A stretch of 42,966 nt of DNA from a virus. Shown piece by piece: positions 34,878-41,754 of this stretch (position 1 is its first letter; every line of letters begins with the position of its first letter). A program made the translations under genes and the position numbers. The stretch lies in IMG/VR virus record IMGVR_UViG_3300045988_093752. The stretch is one strand, 5' to 3'. The notes under the pieces are model-generated. The model did no database searches. It was not told where the DNA came from and worked only from the letters and a program-made list of their open reading frames with translations.

Positions 34878-35816
34878 CTATTGTTCTTTGACTAAAAATC
34901 TTCTCATTTTCTTCTGTGTTAAGTATTGATCATAAAGTTCAGGCTCATCTTTTCTGAATTCTTTAGTATCGAATGTGTTTGATACCGATGTTTTCCATGT
35001 AACTTTGAATTTGTCGGATGTTCCGATACCAGAATCGCCTAAGTAGTTCTTAACTTCATTCTCATATTTTTTCTGAATGTCCTGAAGCTCCTTGATTTTA
35101 TCTTTGACAAGCTTCAATGCATTCAGTTCCTGCTGCAATGGAGTTAGATCCACAATGTTGTCTTCATCATTTTCTGCCGGATGAAGTTCACTGATTGCTT
35201 GTGCAGTGAAATCAGAACCATCGATTGGCGGTTCAATGTCATTCTCCACACAGTTCCAGAATTCTTCTTCTGTCTTAATCAACGCATCGATTTCCTCATC
35301 GCTTCTTAAAACCTCGTAGCAGTACAAGTCAACTCCAGGAATATAAATTGCTATATACCACTTAGAAAGGCCAGTAACCGCCATATAATGCATACACTGT
35401 GCATAATACTGAGGTGGAATGTTTCCTTTCGAATATAAGTCTTTGTTGTATTCAGACGTGGTCTTTATTTCTAGACCTGCATTCTCTCCAACAACCAATC
35501 TGTCAACGTTGGCCAACATGAATGGATGATCTACAGATTGAAATGAAAATCCACTCTTTCTGCATTTCTTACCGGTTTCTTCTTCCCAACGTTTGGCCAC
35601 ATAGGCTTCTGCATCTCGACCAAATCGCATACGCTCATTGTCAATGTTCTTATGGATTCGGCCAGTTTTTTCACACCATAGTGCATAAGCCGATTTGTAT
35701 TTGTTCATACCTAGAACGGAACCGGCATCCGATCCACCGATTCCCTTTAGACGATTGTCCAGCCACTCTTCATGAGTAGCTGGTAACTTATGTTTGATTA
35801 CTTTATTCATCTTCAT
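34878..35816 (-). CDS. YqaJ-like (lambda Exo-type) recombination exonuclease
   Basis: EWLDNRLKGIGGSDAGSVLGMNKYKSAYALWCEKTG. Start uncertain (ATG 35816, 35825 or 35894). Confidence 0.8.
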   Translation of the reverse strand: MKMNKVIKHKLPATHEEWLDNRLKGIGGSDAGSVLGMNKYKSAYALWCEKTGRIHKNIDNERMRFGRDAEAYVAKRWEEETGKKCRKSGFSFQSVDHPFMLANVDRLVVGENAGLEIKTTSEYNKDLYSKGNIPPQYYAQCMHYMAVTGLSKWYIAIYIPGVDLYCYEVLRSDEEIDALIKTEEEFWNCVENDIEPPIDGSDFTAQAISELHPAENDEDNIVDLTPLQQELNALKLVKDKIKELQDIQKKYENEVKNYLGDSGIGTSDKFKVTWKTSVSNTFDTKEFRKDEPELYDQYLTQKKMRRFLVKEQ

Positions 35817-35918
35817 TTGATTCATCCTCTTTTTCTTCTTCTGGTTCACCTGGATCATCAATGTAACGATTGTCGTTCCATTCTCTCCAGTCATCGATGT
35901 CTTTAAAGAATGGCATTG

Positions 35919-36182
35919 CTAGTTCTCCTTGAATGGTGGATGCTCCGCTAGAAATCTGTCCATTTCATCATCGTAGCATTCTCTACAGACTGCAAATCCA
36001 AATCCATATGCAGTATGTACTTCTCTCGATGTGTACATCTCACCATATTTGTGTAATCTGCCACATTGTGCGCATGGCACCATCTTTTCCATGTCTTCTT
36101 CATACGTTCTACATTCATCAGGAAGAAGAACATCTTCATACTTATGCAGCTTCGTGTTGTATTTACCTGCTCTAACGGACAT
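35919..36182 (-). CDS. Small Cys-rich hypothetical protein (87 aa)
   Basis: CAQCGRLH...CRECYDD is zinc-ribbon-like. Confidence 0.5.
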   Translation of the reverse strand: MSVRAGKYNTKLHKYEDVLLPDECRTYEEDMEKMVPCAQCGRLHKYGEMYTSREVHTAYGFGFAVCRECYDDEMDRFLAEHPPFKEN

Positions 36183-36257
36183 AACACTTGCCTCTTTTAT
36201 TTGCGTTGTTGATATCGCAATAACTTCTGATTTTTTGTTCCATATTGATGTCTCCCC

Positions 36258-36638
36258 CTAATGAATCTGATGATCGACTTTGTTCATGTTGATTTGTCTT
36301 TCAAGTTCTTTGGAAAAAGCCTGCGTACACGCTTTGAAGCATTCAGCGATTAGATCAGGCTTCATATTTGTAGTAATCCCAAAGATTAAAGCACCGGCTT
36401 TGGAGGATTCACCAGTTACAACCGGACTATCGAATCCAGGAATTACTCTCAATTCAAATGCTGCTTCGCAATTCTTAACTAGATTCTGGAATTCTTCTAT
36501 AATTGCGTCACCCTCTTCTTCCGATACATCACCTTGTAGCTTTTCATAAAGCTCATTAAGCTTGTCATTCATTGCATTATATTTTTTCGACTCATCATCG
36601 AATTCATTCCCACTTTTTTTCAATACAAATTGTTTCAT
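36258..36638 (-). CDS. Hypothetical protein (126 aa)
   Basis: AAAGGAG RBS; first gene after the 330-bp non-coding gap. Confidence 0.55.
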   Translation of the reverse strand: MKQFVLKKSGNEFDDESKKYNAMNDKLNELYEKLQGDVSEEEGDAIIEEFQNLVKNCEAAFELRVIPGFDSPVVTGESSKAGALIFGITTNMKPDLIAECFKACTQAFSKELERQINMNKVDHQIH

Positions 36639-36664
36639 TTTTGATTTTCTCCTTTTTACCTTTA

Positions 36665-36683
36665 CTCAAACCCTGCAACCTGG
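36665..36683. repeat. Left arm of a 19-bp imperfect inverted repeat (partner 36891-36909)
   Basis: The reverse complement ccaggttgcagggtttgag matches ccaggttgcaagatttgag at 17/19. Confidence 0.7.
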
Positions 36684-36890
36684 ATATCGCAATCTGCTGA
36701 TAGCCTAAATTCGAACCATTGTTTTTGCTTTATCTTAGGAAGTTTTCAAACCAGTTAGTTACAATTATGGATTTTTTGACGTGCTTGCAATTATAACGTG
36801 TTTTTTTGAGTAGGATAGGAGTATTGAAATATCATCAATCCGTTAAAGAAATATATTTTTTTTAGCAGACCACGTCACTTACGGCAATAC

Positions 36891-36909
36891 CCAGGTTGCA
36901 AGATTTGAG
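36891..36909. repeat. Right arm of the 19-bp imperfect inverted repeat
   Basis: See 36665-36683. The arms flank 207 bp of AT-rich non-coding DNA. Confidence 0.7.
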
Positions 36910-36924
36910 ATATATGTATATAAT
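36896..36924 (+). promoter_or_regulatory. Plus-strand sigma-70-type promoter candidate
   Basis: TTGCAA, 17-nt spacer, TATAAT. Overlaps the right inverted-repeat arm and points at a terminator ~25 nt downstream. Confidence 0.4.
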
Positions 36925-36944
36925 TTAGTTGTTCATTTTTGATT

Positions 36945-36973
36945 GGCCACTTTCCTAATAAGTGGTCTTTTTT
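36945..36973 (+). terminator. Plus-strand rho-independent terminator hairpin
   Basis: ggccact-ttcctaata-agtggtc (one G-U pair) followed by tttttt. The T-run overlaps the stop codon of the convergent minus-strand ORF. Confidence 0.5.
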
Positions 36974-37238
36974 ATGCTCTGCATGACTTACGCAGCTTGA
37001 TCAGATTGTCCAAATATGGCTGCAAGCCAAGAACATTGATTACTTTAGTTGTTGGCCATCCAAAACAATTGGATTCAACACCAAGTTTATTGAGTTCGGT
37101 TTTTACAGTTGCACTACAACATCCAATAATCTCTGCCAAGTCTCCTTGCGTGATATATGCATACTTTGTAAGCTTCTGGATCTTGTCCTCAACTTCCGCA
37201 TCATATTCCTGACGAGATACAGTTCTTATAGTTTTCAT
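36972..37238 (-). CDS. Small HTH DNA-binding protein (88 aa), function unknown
   Basis: ITQGDLAEIIGCCSATVKTELNKLG is an HTH-like segment. Confidence 0.5.
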   Translation of the reverse strand: MKTIRTVSRQEYDAEVEDKIQKLTKYAYITQGDLAEIIGCCSATVKTELNKLGVESNCFGWPTTKVINVLGLQPYLDNLIKLRKSCRA

Positions 37239-37253
37239 ATGTGATTCACCTCC

Positions 37254-37508
37254 TTACCAAATTTGCTTTGCTAAGATAACGAAATTTAACAATGTGACCA
37301 TGAATCCAAATGCGTACAGGATAAACAACGTTCCTTTTTCTTCACTGTCGATTCTGCCACCTTTTTCAAAGATTACCTGGACATTGACTTCCGGTTGTTC
37401 CTTGGTTGGTTGTCCAAAATTGAAATCAGGAATATCCAATTGATTCTCCATCACTTGATCCGCTTTCTTAACTGTTGCTTTGTTCGCTGATGCGTTTGCT
37501 CTTGGCAT
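37254..37508 (-). CDS. Small C-terminally membrane-anchored protein
   Basis: C-terminal helix LFILYAFGFMVTLLNFVILA. Start set to ATG 37508 (GAAGGA RBS); overlaps the end of the upstream gene. Confidence 0.45.
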   Translation of the reverse strand: MPRANASANKATVKKADQVMENQLDIPDFNFGQPTKEQPEVNVQVIFEKGGRIDSEEKGTLFILYAFGFMVTLLNFVILAKQIW

Positions 37509-37791
37509 GTTTAAATCCTTCACTTTCTATTTTTTCGATTACTTCATCCAATTTAAATCTGAAATTGAACTCTTCAATATCCTGCATTCCCAGATAATAT
37601 AGAAGGTCAATATCTTCATGATTGAATACGTAACAATGTTCTTTATCCATATAACCTTCTGGCCATGGACATCCTGCATAGTCGTAGAGCTTTTTTGTTT
37701 TTGGATTCGCTTGAAGTCTTCCGATAATCATCAACTTCTTTGTTCCTTCTTTAAGAACCACGACACTTCCAATAGGTAATAATTCTTGCAT
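37468..37791 (-). CDS. DUF4176-family protein
   Basis: LLPIGSVVVLKEGTKKLMIIGR...YDYAGCPWPEGY...FNHEDIDLLYYLGMQD is a DUF4176-like pattern. Confidence 0.6.
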   Translation of the reverse strand: MQELLPIGSVVVLKEGTKKLMIIGRLQANPKTKKLYDYAGCPWPEGYMDKEHCYVFNHEDIDLLYYLGMQDIEEFNFRFKLDEVIEKIESEGFKHAKSKRISEQSNS

Positions 37792-37792
37792 G

Positions 37793-37850
37793 TTCTACTC
37801 CTTTCTACTGCGTTCTACTATGTTTCTACTATGTTCTACTACGTTCTGGT
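37793..37850. repeat. Helically phased array of TTCTACT heptamers (5 perfect, 1 degenerate)
   Basis: Heptamers at 37793, 37803, 37813, 37824 and 37834, plus TTCTGGT at 37844. Spacing is 10, 10, 11, 10, 10 bp. Immediately upstream of the DUF4176 gene start. Confidence 0.85.
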
Positions 37851-38353
37851 GCAGCACTTGAGGTGCCACTTCACTGTATTGATACTCATAGACTTTGGAA
37901 TTTGATTTTTTAATCGTTTCAGTTATTGGGGATATCTTTAACGATATTTTGTTAGTAGTTTTGGAGGCTGTACTCACCTCTTTAATAAAGTGTTATTGTT
38001 ATGCTAGATTATAGTTTTTTCTATATGTACATTTTTATGATCAAACCACTAAGTCTAATATCTGTTTTTTGCGAAAAGAGGTATTTCTTTTTTGTATCAA
38101 CAGTATTCTGCTAGAAAATTTAAGGGGTTTTATTTTGAAACAATCTACTCCTGAACAACTGCATGTGATAAGGTCTGTAGAGCACTGATCCAGGATTCGA
38201 TTGGACTTGAACGAACAAACTAGCAGGTTTATGTATAAGAGCTTTTCTTAGGCTCTCGAAGCAACACCTCAAGTACTGACCAGAGTATTTCTGCATTTAT
38301 GTGCACTTATTAAAATTCGATGATACTATGTATCCTGGAAGGAGGTGATTTAT

Positions 38354-38869
38354 ATGCGTAAATGCTTTTTTGTTACACCTATTGGCGACAAAGGGTCAGA
38401 AGTTCGTATTCATTCTGATCAAGTGTTGAGGCACCTGTTGAAACCAGTATGTTCAGAACTAGATTTTGAACCTATTCGAGTAGATAAAATTGCTAAGACT
38501 TCAGTTTTAACAGATGACATATTCAACCACTTAAAAGATGATGACCTTGTAATCGTAGATATCACGGGTCACAATCCTAATGTTTTTCTTGAACTGGGCT
38601 ACCGTATGGGCCTTGGTAGACCGTACATCATCATTCAGGACTGTGAATATAAAGCAAACTACCCTTTTGATATTTCAAATATTCGTATCATGTCTTATAG
38701 CCTGGACCTAGATGGTATTGAAACTTCAAAAAGTGAACTTAGTAGTTTTATCAAAAACACAGACTTTTCCAGTCTAAACACTATAAATGTTTTTCCAGAT
38801 GTCCCAGGAGAATCAAATTTAGAAGTCATTCGTGAACCTGATGGCGGAATTAGCATCAATGTTAAGTAA
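38354..38869 (+). CDS. Plus-strand moron: Rossmann-like protein (nucleoside 2-deoxyribosyltransferase/TIR-like signature), function unknown
   Basis: GGAGG 8 nt upstream of ATG 38354. KCFFVTPIGDKGSE...DDLVIVDITGHNPNVFLELGYRMGLGRPYIIIQ. Opposite strand to the surrounding early genes. Confidence 0.6.
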   Translation: MRKCFFVTPIGDKGSEVRIHSDQVLRHLLKPVCSELDFEPIRVDKIAKTSVLTDDIFNHLKDDDLVIVDITGHNPNVFLELGYRMGLGRPYIIIQDCEYKANYPFDISNIRIMSYSLDLDGIETSKSELSSFIKNTDFSSLNTINVFPDVPGESNLEVIREPDGGISINVK

Positions 38870-39065
38870 GGGTTACACTAATCTTTACTTTCTTTAAAAG
38901 CTGGATTTCATTGTGAAGTTCAGCTTCTTTTTGTTCTGCCAAAGCCACACTAAAGCTTCCGTCTACGAACATTTCATGAAGCTCCTGGCTTAACTTTTCG
39001 ATTCTTTGATAATTGTCGATTGTGATATCAATCTGTTTAGGTTCTACTTTTAAGCTCATGTTCAT
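38862..39065 (-). CDS. Hypothetical coiled-coil protein (67 aa)
   Basis: ORF on the early-operon strand; convergent 8-nt overlap with the moron. Confidence 0.4.
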   Translation of the reverse strand: MNMSLKVEPKQIDITIDNYQRIEKLSQELHEMFVDGSFSVALAEQKEAELHNEIQLLKKVKISVTLT

Positions 39066-39143
39066 TCTCCTTTGTATGCTCGCAGCATACTTTTTCTGAT
39101 TTTCTATGTGTTACAATCTCCTTTTGGAAGGAGGTGTATATAA

Positions 39144-39371
39144 ATGTCAAATCAGCACGTGACTAAACGTTCAGATGGTAACTGGCAAGTGCGTGGTGAA
39201 GGTAACTCCAGAGCTACAGTTGTGACTAAAACTCAAAGAGAAGCCATCAGCAAAGCAAGAGACATTGCTATCAACCAAAGAGCAGAAGTTGTCATTCATG
39301 GTGTGAATGGTAGAATCCGTAATAAGAACAGCTACGGAAACGACCCTTGCCCACCTAGAGACAAGAAGTAG
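39144..39371 (+). CDS. DUF2188-family protein
   Basis: HVTKRSDGNWQVRGEGNSRATVVTKTQREAISKARDIAINQRAEVVIHGVNGRI. GGAGGTG RBS. Confidence 0.7.
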   Translation: MSNQHVTKRSDGNWQVRGEGNSRATVVTKTQREAISKARDIAINQRAEVVIHGVNGRIRNKNSYGNDPCPPRDKK

Positions 39372-39372
39372 G

Positions 39373-39528
39373 TTACTCTTTCGGAACCAATCTAACGTTT
39401 AAATCAGAACTAGTTATTTCAACACCGTCACTGTTGATAATGACTAGTTTTTCTTTTGTTTTTTCATCCTCAACAATAAGTTCTTTCCAATCATTGGATA
39501 GAATCTTTAATGATTCATCTTTTCTCAT
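39373..39528 (-). CDS. Small protein (51 aa), hypothetical
   Basis: Not in the ORF track. GGAGGAA RBS. MRKDESLKILSNDWKELIVEDEKTKEKLVIINSDGVEITSSDLNVRLVPKE. Confidence 0.4.
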   Translation of the reverse strand: MRKDESLKILSNDWKELIVEDEKTKEKLVIINSDGVEITSSDLNVRLVPKE

Positions 39529-39623
39529 ATAATTTCCTCCATCCTCAAGTACTGCACCAATCTTATGTTATTTAATTTCTGTGGTAGTCGTTGGTAGTAT
39601 TCTTTGAAATAAGTTTAATATTC

Positions 39624-39839
39624 TTAAACTTTTTCTGTAAAAAAATAATATCCTACTTGGTCTTTCGGAATATTTAACATATCGCATATTTTAACGATAT
39701 CATCTCGTGAAAATGGCGTTTTACTTTGCATTTTTCGAGACATTGTATTTTCAGATGTTCCAAACGCTTCTGCAAATTGGCTTTGACTCCCATATTTCTC
39801 GATCATTTTAGCTTTTAAAGCGTTAAAATCAAACTTCAT
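39624..39839 (-). CDS. Cro-like XRE HTH regulator (first gene of the leftward early operon)
   Basis: GSQSQFAEAFGTSENTMSRKMQSKTPFS is an HTH. Start set to ATG 39839 (GGAGGAGGTG upstream). Divergent from the CI-like gene. Confidence 0.75.
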   Translation of the reverse strand: MKFDFNALKAKMIEKYGSQSQFAEAFGTSENTMSRKMQSKTPFSRDDIVKICDMLNIPKDQVGYYFFTEKV

Positions 39840-39868
39840 TTTTAACACCTCCTCCATTTGACAACTAA

Positions 39869-39897
39869 AGTTTATCTTTATTTAACTCTTTTGTCAA
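39869..39897 (-). promoter_or_regulatory. Early leftward promoter candidate
   Basis: Minus strand reads TTGACA, 17-nt spacer, TAAACT. Confidence 0.45.
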
Positions 39898-39928
39898 CAC
39901 GTTTATTTAATTTTATTGAATTTTATTG

Positions 39929-39957
39929 TTGATTTACTTAATTTTGTTCAATATAAT
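39929..39957 (+). promoter_or_regulatory. Repressor (rightward) promoter candidate
   Basis: TTGATT, 17-nt spacer, TATAAT, about 20 nt upstream of the CI-like start. Confidence 0.5.
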
Positions 39958-39978
39958 TAAATCGTGAGGTATATAAAT

Positions 39979-40344
39979 ATGTCAGAAATTAAAGATAGAA
40001 TTATTGAAGCATTAAAATACAATAGAATGAGTGCAAAAGAACTTAGTGATAAAACTGGTATTCCAAAATCGTCTATATCTCAATATATGAGCGGATATGC
40101 CAAACCAAAACATGACCGAATTTATCTAATTGCTAAAGCATTACACGTTGATGAAGCTTGGTTGATCAGCTATGATGTTCCGATGGTTAAAGAGACATTC
40201 ACACAGAATCTCTCTCCTAACGAAAAAAATCTCTTGGATATATATCGTGTTTTGGACGACAAAGGCCAGCACACAGTGGATACAGTAACACAAATGGAAT
40301 ACGAAAGAGTTAAAGGTGGCAGTACTGCCATATTGAAGAAATAG
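39979..40344 (+). CDS. CI-like XRE repressor (no S24 peptidase domain)
   Basis: MSAKELSDKTGIPKSSISQYMSGYAKPKHDRIYLIAKALHVDEAWL. 121 aa, so too short for a LexA-type autocleavage domain. Confidence 0.75.
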   Translation: MSEIKDRIIEALKYNRMSAKELSDKTGIPKSSISQYMSGYAKPKHDRIYLIAKALHVDEAWLISYDVPMVKETFTQNLSPNEKNLLDIYRVLDDKGQHTVDTVTQMEYERVKGGSTAILKK

Positions 40345-40356
40345 GAGGTGTTTTAA

Positions 40357-41316
40357 ATGGAAGAAATTAAACAAAAACTTGTGGATAAAAGTATTGAAGC
40401 GTTTATTATGGGGTTAGAAATTTATAATAAGCCAACTATTAAATATAGGATTGAAGGTTTTAGCTTCTTCATATGTAATGCTTGGGAACTCATGTTAAAA
40501 GCTGAGTTGTTAAATCGAAATGAAGATATTTATTACAGTGATAAATCAGGTAGGACGCTAAGTTTAGAACCAACAATTAAAAAAATATACTCTGATAAAA
40601 ATACCAGAGTTAGGTTAAATCTAGAAAAAATCATTGAGTTGAGAAACATTAGCACTCATTTTATTACTGAGGACTATGAAGCAAAATACGCACCTTTATT
40701 TCAAGCTTGTGTTTTAAATTTTGTAAATGAAATAAAACGGTTTCACAACATAGATATTTCAAATTATATCTCTCAGAACTTTCTAACAATAACTGCAAAC
40801 TATGAACCGCTATCGAATGAGCAAATTCGATTAAAATATCCACCTGAAATTGCAGAAAGATTTATTCAACAATCTAATCAAATTGATGTATTGACTCAAG
40901 AGTATGATTCAGATAAGTTTGCTATTCCAATTAAGCAAAATTTATATATAACAAAAAAGAAAGATGAGGCAGATTTTGTCATCGCTATGGCTAGTGAATC
41001 ACCTAATAAAGTTGCTATTGTTAAGGAATTAAAAGATCCCGCAAATACACATAAATACGCTTTTAACAATGTAATTGCAGTTGTAAACAATAGACTTTCC
41101 AAGTCAAATATAAAACTTGGCTACAAAAACGGTTTTAATTCTTATGTTTTAAATCTATTTATAGAGTTTTACGATATCAAAAGCGATAATAAGTATTCAT
41201 ATAAACATTCATTAGGAAATTCTACATCATACACATACTCTGAAAGATTAATTGATTTTATCATAAACGAAATAAAAAAGAATCCTGATGGATTCGTTGA
41301 AAGTTTGAAAAAGTAA
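40357..41316 (+). CDS. DUF3644-like protein co-transcribed with the repressor (candidate lysogen-expressed exclusion/defence factor)
   Basis: VDKSIEAFIMGLEIYNKPTIKYRIEGFSFFICNAWELMLKAELL...LRNISTHF is a DUF3644-like pattern. GGAGGTG RBS 12 nt after the CI stop. Confidence 0.55.
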   Translation: MEEIKQKLVDKSIEAFIMGLEIYNKPTIKYRIEGFSFFICNAWELMLKAELLNRNEDIYYSDKSGRTLSLEPTIKKIYSDKNTRVRLNLEKIIELRNISTHFITEDYEAKYAPLFQACVLNFVNEIKRFHNIDISNYISQNFLTITANYEPLSNEQIRLKYPPEIAERFIQQSNQIDVLTQEYDSDKFAIPIKQNLYITKKKDEADFVIAMASESPNKVAIVKELKDPANTHKYAFNNVIAVVNNRLSKSNIKLGYKNGFNSYVLNLFIEFYDIKSDNKYSYKHSLGNSTSYTYSERLIDFIINEIKKNPDGFVESLKK

Positions 41317-41565
41317 AAAAGAGATCAACCCCAGGCACATAGGAATGCTCAGTGATTACTCACCTACCCCGTTCTGGGACCCAGCGTTTATCCTTCGCAA
41401 GTTGATCTGTACTTATATTATACTTAAATACATATGAAAGTCAATTTTGACGATTTTCGATTGAGGTGTTAATATACATATAGAGATAAGACCTGAGATA
41501 CGCAAGTCAATCTTAAGTGTAGTGTAATCTGCACTGCTACTTGGGCACTCTAACATGTATTCAAT

Positions 41566-41625
41566 AAGCCTTAATCGTAACTCTCGTTATCTGAGATCAA
41601 GTTGTGATTAAGGCTTTTTCTTTTA
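41566..41625 (+). terminator. Plus-strand terminator-like long hairpin
   Basis: aagccttaatc (41566-41576) pairs with gattaaggctt (41606-41616), followed by tttcttttat. The loop is 29 nt, unusually long. Confidence 0.4.
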
Positions 41626-41626
41626 T

Positions 41627-41659
41627 AAAAAAAATCCTGGATGCTGTGAACATCCAGGA
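41627..41659 (-). terminator. Minus-strand rho-independent terminator
   Basis: 9-bp perfect stem tcctggatg/catccagga preceded on the plus strand by A8, which is U8 after the stem on the minus strand. Confidence 0.5.
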
Positions 41660-41754
41660 CGATTAAGAGTACTACCAATACTCTCACATAAAAAGATGAC
41701 TACCACATCAAACTTTTTATGTGCTCATTTTAGCATAGAACGGAGGAAATTTAA

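Noticed and set aside
36709-36717. tRNA-like T-loop sequence (GGTTCGAAT on the minus strand)
   Set aside because: The flanking bases do not form a T-stem, and no acceptor or anticodon arms can be drawn. No tRNA was supportable anywhere in the window.
37793-37850. CRISPR-like or minisatellite array
   Set aside because: The unit is only ~10 bp with no unique spacers and no cas genes. This fits protein-binding iterons instead.
37795-37977. 60-aa minus-strand ORF (GTG start)
   Set aside because: The RBS is fused to the start codon. The C-terminal third is simply the translated heptamer array, so it is probably non-coding regulatory DNA. It is kept only as a possibility.
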